Shown here piece after piece: positions 39,739 through 50,504 of a DNA stretch of 56,897 bases (within the stretch, counting starts at the first letter, position 1; every line of letters starts with the position of its first letter). Position numbers and translations under genes: made by a program. This stretch comes from Tricharina praecox. Lineage: Eukaryota. The stretch lies in assembly GCF_024521635.1 (NCBI RefSeq), contig NW_026250424.1, forward strand, positions 620,001 through 676,897, given 5' to 3'. The notes under the pieces are model-generated. The model saw nothing but the letters and a program-made list of their open reading frames with translations. It was not told where the DNA came from and made no database searches.

Positions 39739-40125
39739 ACGATCCGCCAGGACCACAAGTAGATACGTAAAGTAAAGTCCACTTTTAGAACCCGTACGGT
39801 AGAAGGAAGAAAGTAAGTAAGGAAATGAAGAGGAAGAAGACCACAACGCAAGGAACCTAAAGCTACAAATGCACGGCAAAAAAAAGGACACCCTTGAACA
39901 AGACAAAACAAAACACCCAGCAAAGAAAAAGAAAAAGACAGTTTTGTTAAAGGAAATTTCAAATCAAACCCCCTCCCCCCTCCTCGTAAACATCGTTTCC
40001 CCAACCCCCAACAAGTTCACCCCCGAAAAGGCAAAAAATTAAACACCGGTCCGAAAGGCTGCAGACTCTCCCATTCCAATCTAATTTACAAATCCCTCTC
40101 CTTTCATCCATCCCGAGCGATGCGC

Positions 40126-42021
40126 TTAAGCCTTCTTCGAGGATCGTCGGGCAGCCTTGGGCTTCTCGGTCTCGCTCGAGGAACCCGTGGTGGTGGCGGT
40201 GGTTTCGGTCTTGGTTGCGGGAGCGACAGTGACCTTCTTGACGGTGGCGGGCTTGGAGACCGTGGTCAGGAGGCCGATGAGGATGGCCATGATGGTACCA
40301 ATGACACCGAGGATGATGCCGGCGATGTCGGGGAAGGCCTTGATCGCTCCGACAGGGTCGATCTGGGCAGCGGCAATGAAGGGCTCGAGCTTAGCCTTGA
40401 TGAACGCCAGCGGGTCCTCCTGGAAGCTGCCGATCTCCTTGGGGGGCTCGGGTGCCTTGGGGGCGGTGGCGGCCTCCTCCTCGATCTCGACGGCCTTCTT
40501 GATGTCGAAGGTCTCCTTCTGAAGCTTCTCGGCATCCTCGATCGAGTGGCCGATGTAGAGGTTGTCGAACAGAATGTCCTTGGTCATAGTCCACAGCTCG
40601 AATCCGACCGCACCAATGGGCTCGAAGTTGGCAGGCTCCTTGTCCTCGAAGTAGTTGGGATTAGGGATCTTGCGAGGCGACCAAGGTCCCTTGTAGGCGG
40701 GGTTCTCAATCATGGGAGCGATCCACTTGCCCTTGTAAGCAGGGTTGGCCTTCATGGGCTTCTCCCACTTGCCGCATCCACTGGCCTCTTCGCACTTGGG
40801 GTTGGTAACGGTGGGGGCGATCCAGTCACCATCCTCCTCGTCATCCCAGTCCTCAGGCTTCTTGGCATCGGGGTCGGGAATGAACTCGGGCTCATCCTCC
40901 AGCCAGTCCTCAGGCTGGGTGGCCTCCTCGTCAACAATCTCGTAAGGCGCATCCTCATCCCAGTCCTCCGGCTTCTTCGCCTCAGGGTCGACAATCTTGG
41001 GGGTGTCAACCCAGTCCTCGGGCTTCTTGTCCTCGGGATCCTCAATCTCGGTGGGAGGGTTCACCGCCGGGGTGAAGTCCTCGAGGAGGCTGCCACTCTT
41101 GACGCTCTTGCCGTCGATACGGACGTCGAAGGTCTGATCGGGGTTGACGATCAGGGTGTAGAGGGTGGACTGCTTGGTGATCTTGGCCATCGGGGGAGAG
41201 CTGAGATGCTTCTCCTCGTACTCGCCGGTCTTGGGGTTCTTGTGCTTGAAGATAAAGTGAACCTTGTTGGTAGCACCGCACTTGTCGGGTCCGAACATGA
41301 TCACGTAGGGCGAGGCATTGGAGAACTCGTCGGCGTGAAGGTTGGCGTTCTCCTTGAGGAGTTTGAGGTAGGCACCACCGCACTCGAGACCATTCTGAAG
41401 CTTGACTTCGTACTGAACAACCAGGGTCTTGCCCGTGTTGTCGACCGGCTTGTCGAATTTGGCGGAGATGGCGTGGTGAGCGGCAACGTTCTTCACGACT
41501 AGATAGCAACAGCTCGTCAGTCTCCACCATTCCGAACACGTGTCAGCGCAAAGTCGGAAACATACCCAATCCCTTGTCTCCCTCGATGCCCTTAAGCTCA
41601 ATAGGCTCCTCGACAGCCCACTGGCCGATGTAAGCCCACTCCTCCGCAGCATCTTTATCCTTCAGCTCCTTCTTGGCATGGCTGATCTTCCACCGGGAAT
41701 CCCAATCGTCGGTAAACTGCTCGTAGAAGGATGCGGTGATAGCTAGCGGCTAGAGGTGGGGAAATGTCTCATTAGCAAGAGAACGCAGGAGTGGGCGCGC
41801 ACGCGCACGGATTGGTGTTGTTCGGAGCAGGGGAAGCTTACAGAGAAGGTGGGCTTCTCAATGGCGATTGTCGACGTGCTGGTCACGGTTGATGTGGTTG
41901 TGGAGGAGGATCCAGCAGCGTCACCGAACACATCGTCAAGCTCATCGGCGACAGCAAAGTTGCCGAAGCCCATAAGGGCGACAGAGAACAGGCCAAAGGC
42001 CACATTCCGAGCGAAACGCAT
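40126..42021 (-). CDS. CNE1: Calnexin, 3 exons
   Basis: Signal peptide, [29 protein letters not shown]-domain repeats KPEDWD, GFELWTM, one TM helix, basic tail. Confidence 0.96.
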
Positions 42022-45000
42022 GTTGTGTGTGTTGGGGGAAGTGGGTAGAGCTTCAGGTGGATAACGAAGGTATCAAGCACGACAGTGTCGAGGTGGAAGC
42101 CGAGGGGGGCAATCGATGATGGGAGTAGGATGGGAGAGAGATCCGATTCCTTGAGTTTGTTTTCGTAGGGAGGAGGGGGGAGCGAGGGTGAAGTCGAGTT
42201 GTTGGAGTGAGAAGCAGAACTGAGAAGAAGTCTCAGAGATAGAGGGAGCTCGTGTTGGGTTTTGTAAGTGATGAGGACACTTTGGAGATTCAGCGCATCG
42301 GGTTTAGACAACTGCGTGACCCTGAAAGAGGCCACTTTACCACTTCCATCTGTACTACGCTACTTGCTACGCTAACTAAACTCGATCCGAAACAAGAAGG
42401 AAAGGCGGTTTATGCGCGACGAAAACCCTAACCCCGTCTTCACCGCCTGGCACGCGGAATCGTGGAAGGTTCTAGATGAAGGCATGACATTTTGGGTTTC
42501 TCTTGGATTATTCGACCCAGGCAGCTTTCAATTCTTCGTAGACGCCAAATTCGAGACCCGACCGTAACGGCGAGTGTGTTGGTGAGAACAAATTGTCGCG
42601 AAATGTGTTTGTTTCTCGAGTCTTGGGTGGCAGTATGAGTATCTCTGCGCGAAATTGAAGGGGCCGCGGCCGCAGTATCAACGACAGGGTCCACGTATAC
42701 CAGATCTTTCACAGAACCACCCCACAAGCCGCTGCAGAAAAGTTTATCTAACGGCTCCACGTAGATTACCCAGTTGCTTTTGCAATTGTGTCTTTCCACC
42801 ATCACCGAATCTTCCGTCGGCGCCGACCACCGGTTACTGCTGTGTAATACCCGGTTGGCTGCATACGGGATGTGTAGAATAGCCGCAAGAACCACCACCG
42901 ATGGCTGCATGCTGCATGCTGCGGAAGTCTCCAGCTCTGCGTGCGCTACGACACCGGCGAGTCTCGAGCATTCTCGAGGATCACTGGTGAAAAGTGGCGA
43001 GCACGCGGAGAATTTGGCTCGATGTGATTGCCAAGGTGTAAAGTTTGCCAATCACAAGCTCCGGAAGTATGTACACTGCTCTCTGCACGATGCGGCCGTT
43101 AACAGAAATCATCTCCATCCAAGTGCCGCCGGTTACCATGAGCCCGAACGCCGTGTTCTGCTAGCTTGTTCGGGCAGACATGCACATACCATCTGATTGT
43201 ACAGGCCGAGCATTCACTTCCGACATCTCAACATCATGCTGCGCAGGCTTCAGTCCCTGGGAAGCTAACACTGACTCAAAGTGAGATACGTGAGGTATAT
43301 ATAGCCTTTCAGCAGCTACTTTAGGTAGGATAACACTCGTACAACAAAACACCTTCTCCCTGGAAACAAAATCACGGAAGGACACCGCCCAAGAGCACTT
43401 GAACGAGGTCAAAAGACACTCATGTATCTTTCCGCCAATATCCACCAGAGTATCCAAAGGCTTTAGAGCCCTCTGCCATCCAGCCTTGGAGGTCAATACG
43501 GGATAAGTATCATCCCGAGGCTCCAGACGGAAGAATCTATACGGCGTGTAAAGCTAGGGCTCAGCCCATGCTTGAAAACGAGCGCTAAATCAAGTACCGA
43601 TATCAGCCCTCTGGACTCTGGAGTCTGAAGTCTGGAGTCTGGGGTCTGGGGTCTGGGGTCTGAGGTCTGCGCTCCATCACAACCCTTGCTACATACCATG
43701 ATTAGCCAAAATAACAAACTTCTATGAGTGAGGTGAGGTGAGGCGCACAGGATCCTATCCAAAAAATGTAAACATTTCGAGTAAAATGCAGAATGGCGGA
43801 GGTCCTAGAGGAACATACATACGCGGATGGGATTCTGAAATTTCTAGCGAGGATCACTCGTGGTCGGGTTCGGGATGAAGACGCCTTTGAAGCCGAGCTT
43901 TGCGGCTGCGGGTACTGTTCCCGTACGGCCGACCATGAGCAGCGGGGAACAGCTCGACGCCGCATAGGCGGGGAAGCCACTCACCTTGAGAAGTGGTATG
44001 TACCTAATGTATGTACCACTATGGTCGAGAAAAGCAACCACATATAGGTATGCATAGTACATACATTGTACAAAAAGCAATGAAGCCGAAGACTTTGTTT
44101 CCCTACTAGTAGCCCTCCATCACCAACCGCATAGTACCTATCGAGTAGGTACCTAGGCGGATATCTTTATGTTACATATTCCGCTCTTATGTGCCCTCTA
44201 CATACTGCGCTTGGGAACGACCACAAGACCGCCGCCGCGTCTAGAAACCGCAATACTTCAGACGACAGTCCGCGGCTCCATGGCTCCGCAGGGTAGACAG
44301 GCAGGGTGGCTATCGGCACGACGAAATCGTTGACGAATCCGGTGATCGGCTACCTACCTAACCTAGGTATGTCACCGACTCTACTATGCAGTAGATATAT
44401 ACTCCGTCAACATATTGCAATCTGCATTTATCTGGTATGTACCTGCATATCCGGAGGATATGTAAGCTTGCGCGGTAAATGAAGAACCCAATCGTGCAGA
44501 AGGCTGAAGCAGCCGACGACGGCCGGACCGACCGCGTTTCCGAGGGGTTGGTCGTTTCCGGCTTATGTGTGTGGGTGGGTGGGTGTGGAAAGGCATTGAT
44601 ATGTGGCGCCAATTATTGATTTTGCGGTTGATCATAGAATCGCATACGATTTCTAGCATAACATCATAGATAGACGAGTCGGTGCGACTGCCAGACGAAA
44701 TGGTTGTTGAAAGGGTTTGTTTGCTTGTCTCATCCTACGTAATCGTATTCAGTCTACTTATCTAGACTATGCGGAGTAATACATAGAAGTAGTTGCTGCA
44801 AGGAATTGTTGAGTTTGTCGAGTTTGTCGAGTGGTAATAAAACGAGTGCGATTTCGTGAATGACTCTCATTAAGGCTGCGTTGAGCCTTGGCCGACCTAG
44901 GTAATCGGCTTGAGGAACTTGGATATTCAAGCTTTATTAGCTGAGTATGTACCATCTATCTCTCAGGATAAGCCATGCGGATTATTCACTGATGGAGTAG

Positions 45001-45324
45001 ATACGCCATTTGTTTTTGGCGAGAATTCTAAACATTCAGACGATTTTGTAGGGAGTGCGGACTATTCAACAGTATGGCCTAAGTTGAGTAGGCGTATGAA
45101 TGTGAGATATAGAGGTGTAGATTTGAATGGTGGTAGCACGTGTGACAAATATTGCGAAAGACATTTATTGTGAAAGAGCCAGATCAGACAATTTGTTATG
45201 GTGTTTCCGTAGATTCCCCGCCATCCTTCGTAATATACCAGCATTGATCCTCCAAAGACAGTACAAAAAAAACTTTCATCATCATAATTCGTTAGAGAAG
45301 TAGCCCGATCCTTACCAGCTGTCA

Positions 45325-46040
45325 TCAACCACAAACAGTGCGGCGGTCGTAGATAACTTCGAGGCCGAAGATTATCGAACACTGCGGTGGACCCACTTGC
45401 GGGCCCCTAATACTCTCGTCAACAATAATTTACTTGATCATACTTCATCAACAGGAAACTCACCAATACAAACTCCAATTATCGCCGCTCCTACAGCCCA
45501 TCCAACTACCAGTAGACTGCCCATATCCCAGCCAGTTCCGACCGTCAGCACCGCGGATGACAGCAAAGCTATCCCACAAGGTCAATGCCGGGATTGTGTC
45601 GGTCTGTGGGTCGCTGCTGAAGACGTAGTACATCGGACTTCCGTGAGTGGGACGGAACCAACTACCACACACCGGCACATTAGTTCTCTCCTCCCCGCAT
45701 ACCCCTTCTCTCTTTCGCAGAAACACAGAAGACGAGTAAGTACATACAGAATATTTTCTGGCGCGGAAGCATCGTGGAGTTTTCCCCATCCCGCCTGCGA
45801 GGGATCGGTGCGGTTCCCGTACGGCTCAATGTACCCGCGGTAGTTGCGCCCGGGCGTAGCAAACCACCCGAGACGCCAATCGAGATAGCCCCAGGTATTG
45901 ATAGGCGCTGGAGCGCGAGTGTCGGCACGCAGTCGGAAAGTGCGGTATCTCGGTCTGCCGGGGCCACACCGTCCTTCCTGGGCGAAGACGGTGGCGAAGA
46001 GCAGGAGGGAGAGGAGCGTGAAGAGGATAGACGGCTTCAT
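45325..46040 (-). CDS. Small secreted Trp/Cys-containing protein, 190 aa; exons 46040-45748, 45661-45464, 45406-45325
   Basis: Signal peptide MKPSILFTLLSLLLFATVFA; introns GTATGT...CTAAT...GTAG and GTGAGT...TTGAC...TTAG give a continuous 573-nt frame ending ...PPQCSIIFGLEVIYDRRTVCG*. Confidence 0.78.
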
Positions 46041-46651
46041 TTGCGAGTTTCTTTGATGGCGAGAAAAAGAGTCTCTTTGAGAGTCGTGCCCGAGCCAGCA
46101 ATTTATACACATATGGAGGTGGGGGCCGAATGCCCGCCCATTCGCCCACGCAGTGCACGCACGGCACAGGCCGGATGCGTCCTCGCTCCAGCTCGTATTC
46201 CCCACGCATGGTCCAATGGATCCATCGGCTCGATTGGCGAAACCGACATCGTGCCGTGCGCCACGAGCGTCATGCCTGCACATGGTTGTTATTTTTGTAC
46301 ATATCCCATTCGTATACAGACTTTCCTACAAGTTGCACAAGGGACCGGGAACGATGTGTCTCCAAATGGAAGTATCGCGGTGTTTACGTTGCACACGAGC
46401 CAGAGCTGGGAAATCTCGGTCGGTCCATCGGATCCAGCTCGTATTACCTGGAGAATTTGGCGGATGGAGTTTGACGCATGCGCGCAATAATTGTAGTGGT
46501 ATCCTAATACTTAAGTAAGAATTACTTTAAGAAGTAATTTTATATTTTAGGTTTCACTTCGCTTGAGCCTCGGCGTTCGCCAATCAGCTTTCTGTATATA
46601 AATTTAGCGCAATTATTCAGTCATAGAGTAGTACTCGATTCTTGACTGGCG

Positions 46652-46803
46652 ATTCATTCTGAGGTTGTTTGCTTGTGATGGAGGGAATTCGTCCTTTAGG
46701 GCTTGAGCAAAAAATATCAGACTTACCATTCATTCTGAGGTTGTTTGCTTGTGATGGAGAGAATTCGCCCTTTAGGGCTTGAGCAAAAAATATCAGACTT
46801 GCC
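46652..46803. repeat. 76-bp tandem duplication, 2 copies
   Basis: ATTCATTCTGAGGTTGTTTGCTTGTGATGG...ATATCAGACTT at 46652 and 46728; 3 transition differences. Confidence 0.92.
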
Positions 46804-47044
46804 AGTTACAAGGCTGAGATGCTTCACCAACCTCCAACCTCCATCCTCTCTTCCCGCTACAACCTCTCATCTCACAATTACTTCCTACCACACACACCCT
46901 ACTTCCTTCATCCAACCAACCAACCACAACACCACAAATTTTCGACACCACGTTCGCAACCTCTCCACTCAAGATCAACTAACCTCACGAAAGTACCTTA
47001 CCTTTCATTCACACTTCTCATCTCATCCAATCGCATCCTTAAAC

Positions 47045-48419
47045 ATGTCTCCGCAATACTCGAGCCTCTTCGGCAGCCTCAGCCCTGTGAGGATATCCGA
47101 TGGATCTCTCATGGAGCAAGAACCCTGCTCCGAAGATGTCTAAATTAAGCAAGAACCCCGCTCCGACGATTTCGACATTAAGCAAGAGCATTGGGACGAA
47201 GAGGTCACCGTTATGCGAAGATATACCGGTAATTGAAATTGCTACGAAAAGTCAGAGCCCCGCGAAGAAGATTTCTATATTAAGCAAGAATCCGAATACG
47301 AAGAATTTGCTATGCATCAAGAGTCTCGAAGCGAATCAGTCGGTGTGAAGCAAGAGCATTGGGGCGAAGAGGCAGCCGCCATGCAACAACATACCGGAAA
47401 TTGGAATGACTCCGTAAAGTCAGAGAATTGGGACGAAGAAGATGCTTACATCAAGCAAGAGATCTGGCACGAAGAAGATGCCTACATCAAGCAAGAGGAT
47501 TATGACGAAGAGTTCGACATCAAGCAAGAGAGTTGGGACGAAGGTTTCTACATCAAGCAAGAACCCCACGGGGAAGATTTCGACATCAAGCAAGAGAATT
47601 GGGACGAAGATTTCGAAATTAAGCAAGAGGATTGGGACGAAGATATTGACATCAAGCAAGAACCCCGCGAAGAATATTCGAGTCCTGCTTTCCAACAGGA
47701 GTATGAAGAAGATGTTGAAACGGGAAGCGGTGGTCGTCAGAGGATGAGGCAGGATATCAAGCGGGAGTATCTCAAGAGGAAGATAGACGTTGAGCCGCAG
47801 AATTGGGATAGAATGGAAGCTGGAAGGGAGTCTTTCGACGGCTCACGACAGGTGGCATGAGCTCTGGCAACAAGAAGCCACGAATTAAGAAGGAAGATGT
47901 CGAGGTCGAGGAAGAAAAGCAGGTGGAGGAGAATGACCGCAAGACGGCCCCCAAAGTCACGTTGTCCGAGATTTTCCGGGCTGGTCAGATCAAGGTGGGC
48001 AATGTTTTCAGCCTTCGGAGGAAGTTCAAGAGATCTTGCAAAGGATATTGGGTTCGCAAGAATGCTGTGGTATGCACCTTCTTCGATCACGTAACTCTCC
48101 TAGGGAGGTCAGATTAATAATTGTGCACTAGATTACCCACACTGCCCCTTCTGGGAGTGCATTCGGTGTCCGCTACGCCCCAGGCACCGCGGAAATCCCC
48201 ACCGACAAGCCGGATGACAAAACGGCCAAGAACATATCATCGCTCAACGAGCTGATGATTGTTCTTGGCCGGGAGCACGGAAGACCAGTGAAGAAACAGT
48301 TACAAGACAACGCGTGGAATCTTCTCTGGCTCTTTCGCTCCGGGGAGGAGGAGGATATCCAGTTGACTCTGCTCAAGCAGAAGTACCGCGAGGGGAAAAT
48401 AGGCGAGGATGAGGCGTAG
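47045..48419 (+). pseudogene. Disrupted gene: IKQE acidic repeat array plus RAMA-like C-terminal domain (intron 48070-48131)
   Basis: One frame from ATG 47045 with stops at 47141 and about 47234, ORF 47312-47860, frame break near 47850, then KVTLSEIFRAGQIKVGNVF...ISSLNEL...NAWNLL...LTLLKQKY to TAG 48419. Confidence 0.6.
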
Positions 48420-48675
48420 GGGGGATTTGAGGGGGATGTGAGGGGTGATTACATTTTTTGCATTTTTTAAAAGTTCAATGACATTTGTTTTACGTTTTAT
48501 ACTTTTGTTGTTTTTTTGGCCAGACTTGATTGTTTTTTGGCGAGACTTGGTTTTTTTCGGGGTATCATTTACCCCCAAGTTCCAGTTGCTCATGAATGTA
48601 TCATGTAAATCAAGAGTGTTTGCGTGTTTACTAGCTACAAGAGCATTAGAGTGAATGAGAATTCCATGTAGAGTT

Positions 48676-48678
<3 letters not shown>

Positions 48679-48724
<46 letters not shown>
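48679..48724. repeat. (AG)n microsatellite, about 22 units
   Basis: Read directly. Confidence 0.95.
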
Positions 48725-48726
<2 letters not shown>

Positions 48727-48848
48727 TCGGTTTATTTCGCATGCAGCCTATCGGGACTATGGCGAATCATGTGGTTACGTTAATTAGCTAGCAATTCGTC
48801 TGAAGATTGTTGGATTATATTCTATGTCAAGTGCACTAAATAACAACA

Positions 48849-48929
48849 GGCGTTGTGGCCGAGTGGTTAAGGCGAGAGATTAGAAATCTCTTGGGTTCGC
48901 CCGCGCAGGTTCGAGTCCTGTCGACGTCG
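48849..48929 (+). tRNA. tRNA-Ser (anticodon AGA), intronless
   Basis: Acceptor GGCGTTG/CGACGTC, D-arm GCCGAGTGGTTAAGGC, anticodon stem AGAGA-TTAGAAA-TCTCT, long variable arm GGGTTCGCCC, T-arm GCAGGTTCGAGTCCTGT, G discriminator, downstream oligo-T Pol III terminator. Confidence 0.97.
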
Positions 48930-49135
48930 CTATGTTTTTGTTTTTTTTGGCGAGATGCTTTTGACTGCACAACTACCAGCAGGACTGTCGCTCGGCATTG
49001 ACGTGTTCAGGGATGATGGTCATGTAGATAGCCTAAAAGTAGAGTGCCGGCGACGATCACACACTTTATTTTGACCCCGCCAAAAACTTTTCCAACCGCA
49101 ACCCTTCATCTTCGCCATCTTTCTAGCTTTTAACC

Positions 49136-50119
49136 ATGTGCGCCGACCACAATACCGAAGCCTTGATCTGCTCCGATGGTAAGCAGAATATCATCCTCGC
49201 TTCTCGATTAGCTACGTCTCGAACTGACTCATCAGTCCAGACCCAAATCACCCCGCTAACTTGGTACTTTCCTTCATCTCCCCAGCCAACAACATCCAAG
49301 CTTACAGCGCCGCAGATCTGCAGTCTCTGCCGCAACTTCTACACTCTTGGCTGGGTACCTTTCCTCATATCGCGCATCGTGCCCAACCCATCCTGATGGC
49401 CAGTCCCTAGGTCACTGGTACTGGCGGAGGCATATCTATTCGCGAGCGCACTCCCGACCATGACCACATCTTCCTCGCGCCGTCGGGTGTCCAAAAGGAG
49501 CGACTGCAGCCGGACAACATGTTCGTCATGGACTACCCCACGCAGACCTACCTTCGCAAGCCCGTGGATCTAAAGCCTTCCGCGTGCACCCCGTTGTTCA
49601 TGGCGGCGTTCAGCAAGCGCGGCGCGGGAGCGTGCATCCACACCCACTCCCAGGCTGCGGTCCTGTGCACGCTGCTCACAAAAGGGAAGACCTGGTCAAT
49701 CGCGAACATCGAGCAGATCAAGGCTATCCCCAGGCCGTCCACTGGGGGCTACATGGGGTTCTTTGATACTTTGACGATTCCTATCATCGAGAACACTGCG
49801 CAGTGAGTGCTATTGTCACGCTTCCTTTCTACAGTCTGCTGAGATCCCCGTAGTGAGGAGGATTTGAGGGAAAGCCTGGAGAAAGCCATCGAGGAGTACC
49901 CGGACACCTGCGCGGTGCTGGTGCGAAGGCACGGAGTGTAAGTCGCCATCTTTTTGGCAAGCGGGGGGACCCATCTAACAATGCAGCAGCTACGTCTGGG
50001 GCGATACGGTGTGGAAAGCGAAGACACAGGCTGAAAGCCTGGACTACCTTTTTGAGTTGGGCGTCAAGATGGTGCAGTTGGGGCTTGATCCAGCGGGAGC
50101 GATTGCTCCTGTAGAATAA
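49136..50119 (+). CDS. MDE1: Methylthioribulose-1-phosphate dehydratase (methionine salvage), multi-exon
   Basis: [73 protein letters not shown]. Confidence 0.94.
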
Positions 50120-50504
50120 ACAGATACTGGGTGGATGGTGGTTCTAGCTTGTGGCAGCGTTGCTGGATGGTGCCGGACGGTACCTTTCTTCTCCGCGACC
50201 GTAATTCTTATTCTACCTGAAGTACCATGTATGATGGAGTTTGGGGGTTTTGTACGGTTACCATGCACATTAAAAAAGCTTTTGTCTTTCTTTGCATAAT
50301 GGGGCTCTCCCGAGGCACCGAGCCCATTCCATGAGCCACATTCAGTAGAATCTCGAGTGATATTTCGTGGTCGCAACGTCACACAACTGTGTCACCTAGT
50401 CTATGCGAGCTCGACAAATTTGCATGGATCATGGTCGCGTCGCGTTTTCCCTTGAAACTCTACTTCCATTTTACGCCTCACCAACGCCCACCTTAAAAAC
50501 TACC

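Noticed and set aside
40120..41502. 460-aa plus-strand ORF
   Set aside because: Antisense shadow of calnexin
42424..42435. AACCCTAACCC telomere-like motif
   Set aside because: Under two units; at most a Tbf1-type site
43493..43545. SSVWSLGMIL resembling kinase subdomain IX
   Set aside because: No other kinase motifs nearby; a longer frame overlaps it
47420..47680. Regularly spaced ATCAAGCAAGA repeats resembling a CRISPR array
   Set aside because: Eukaryotic context; 33-36-bp period with related spacers in coding frame, so a protein repeat
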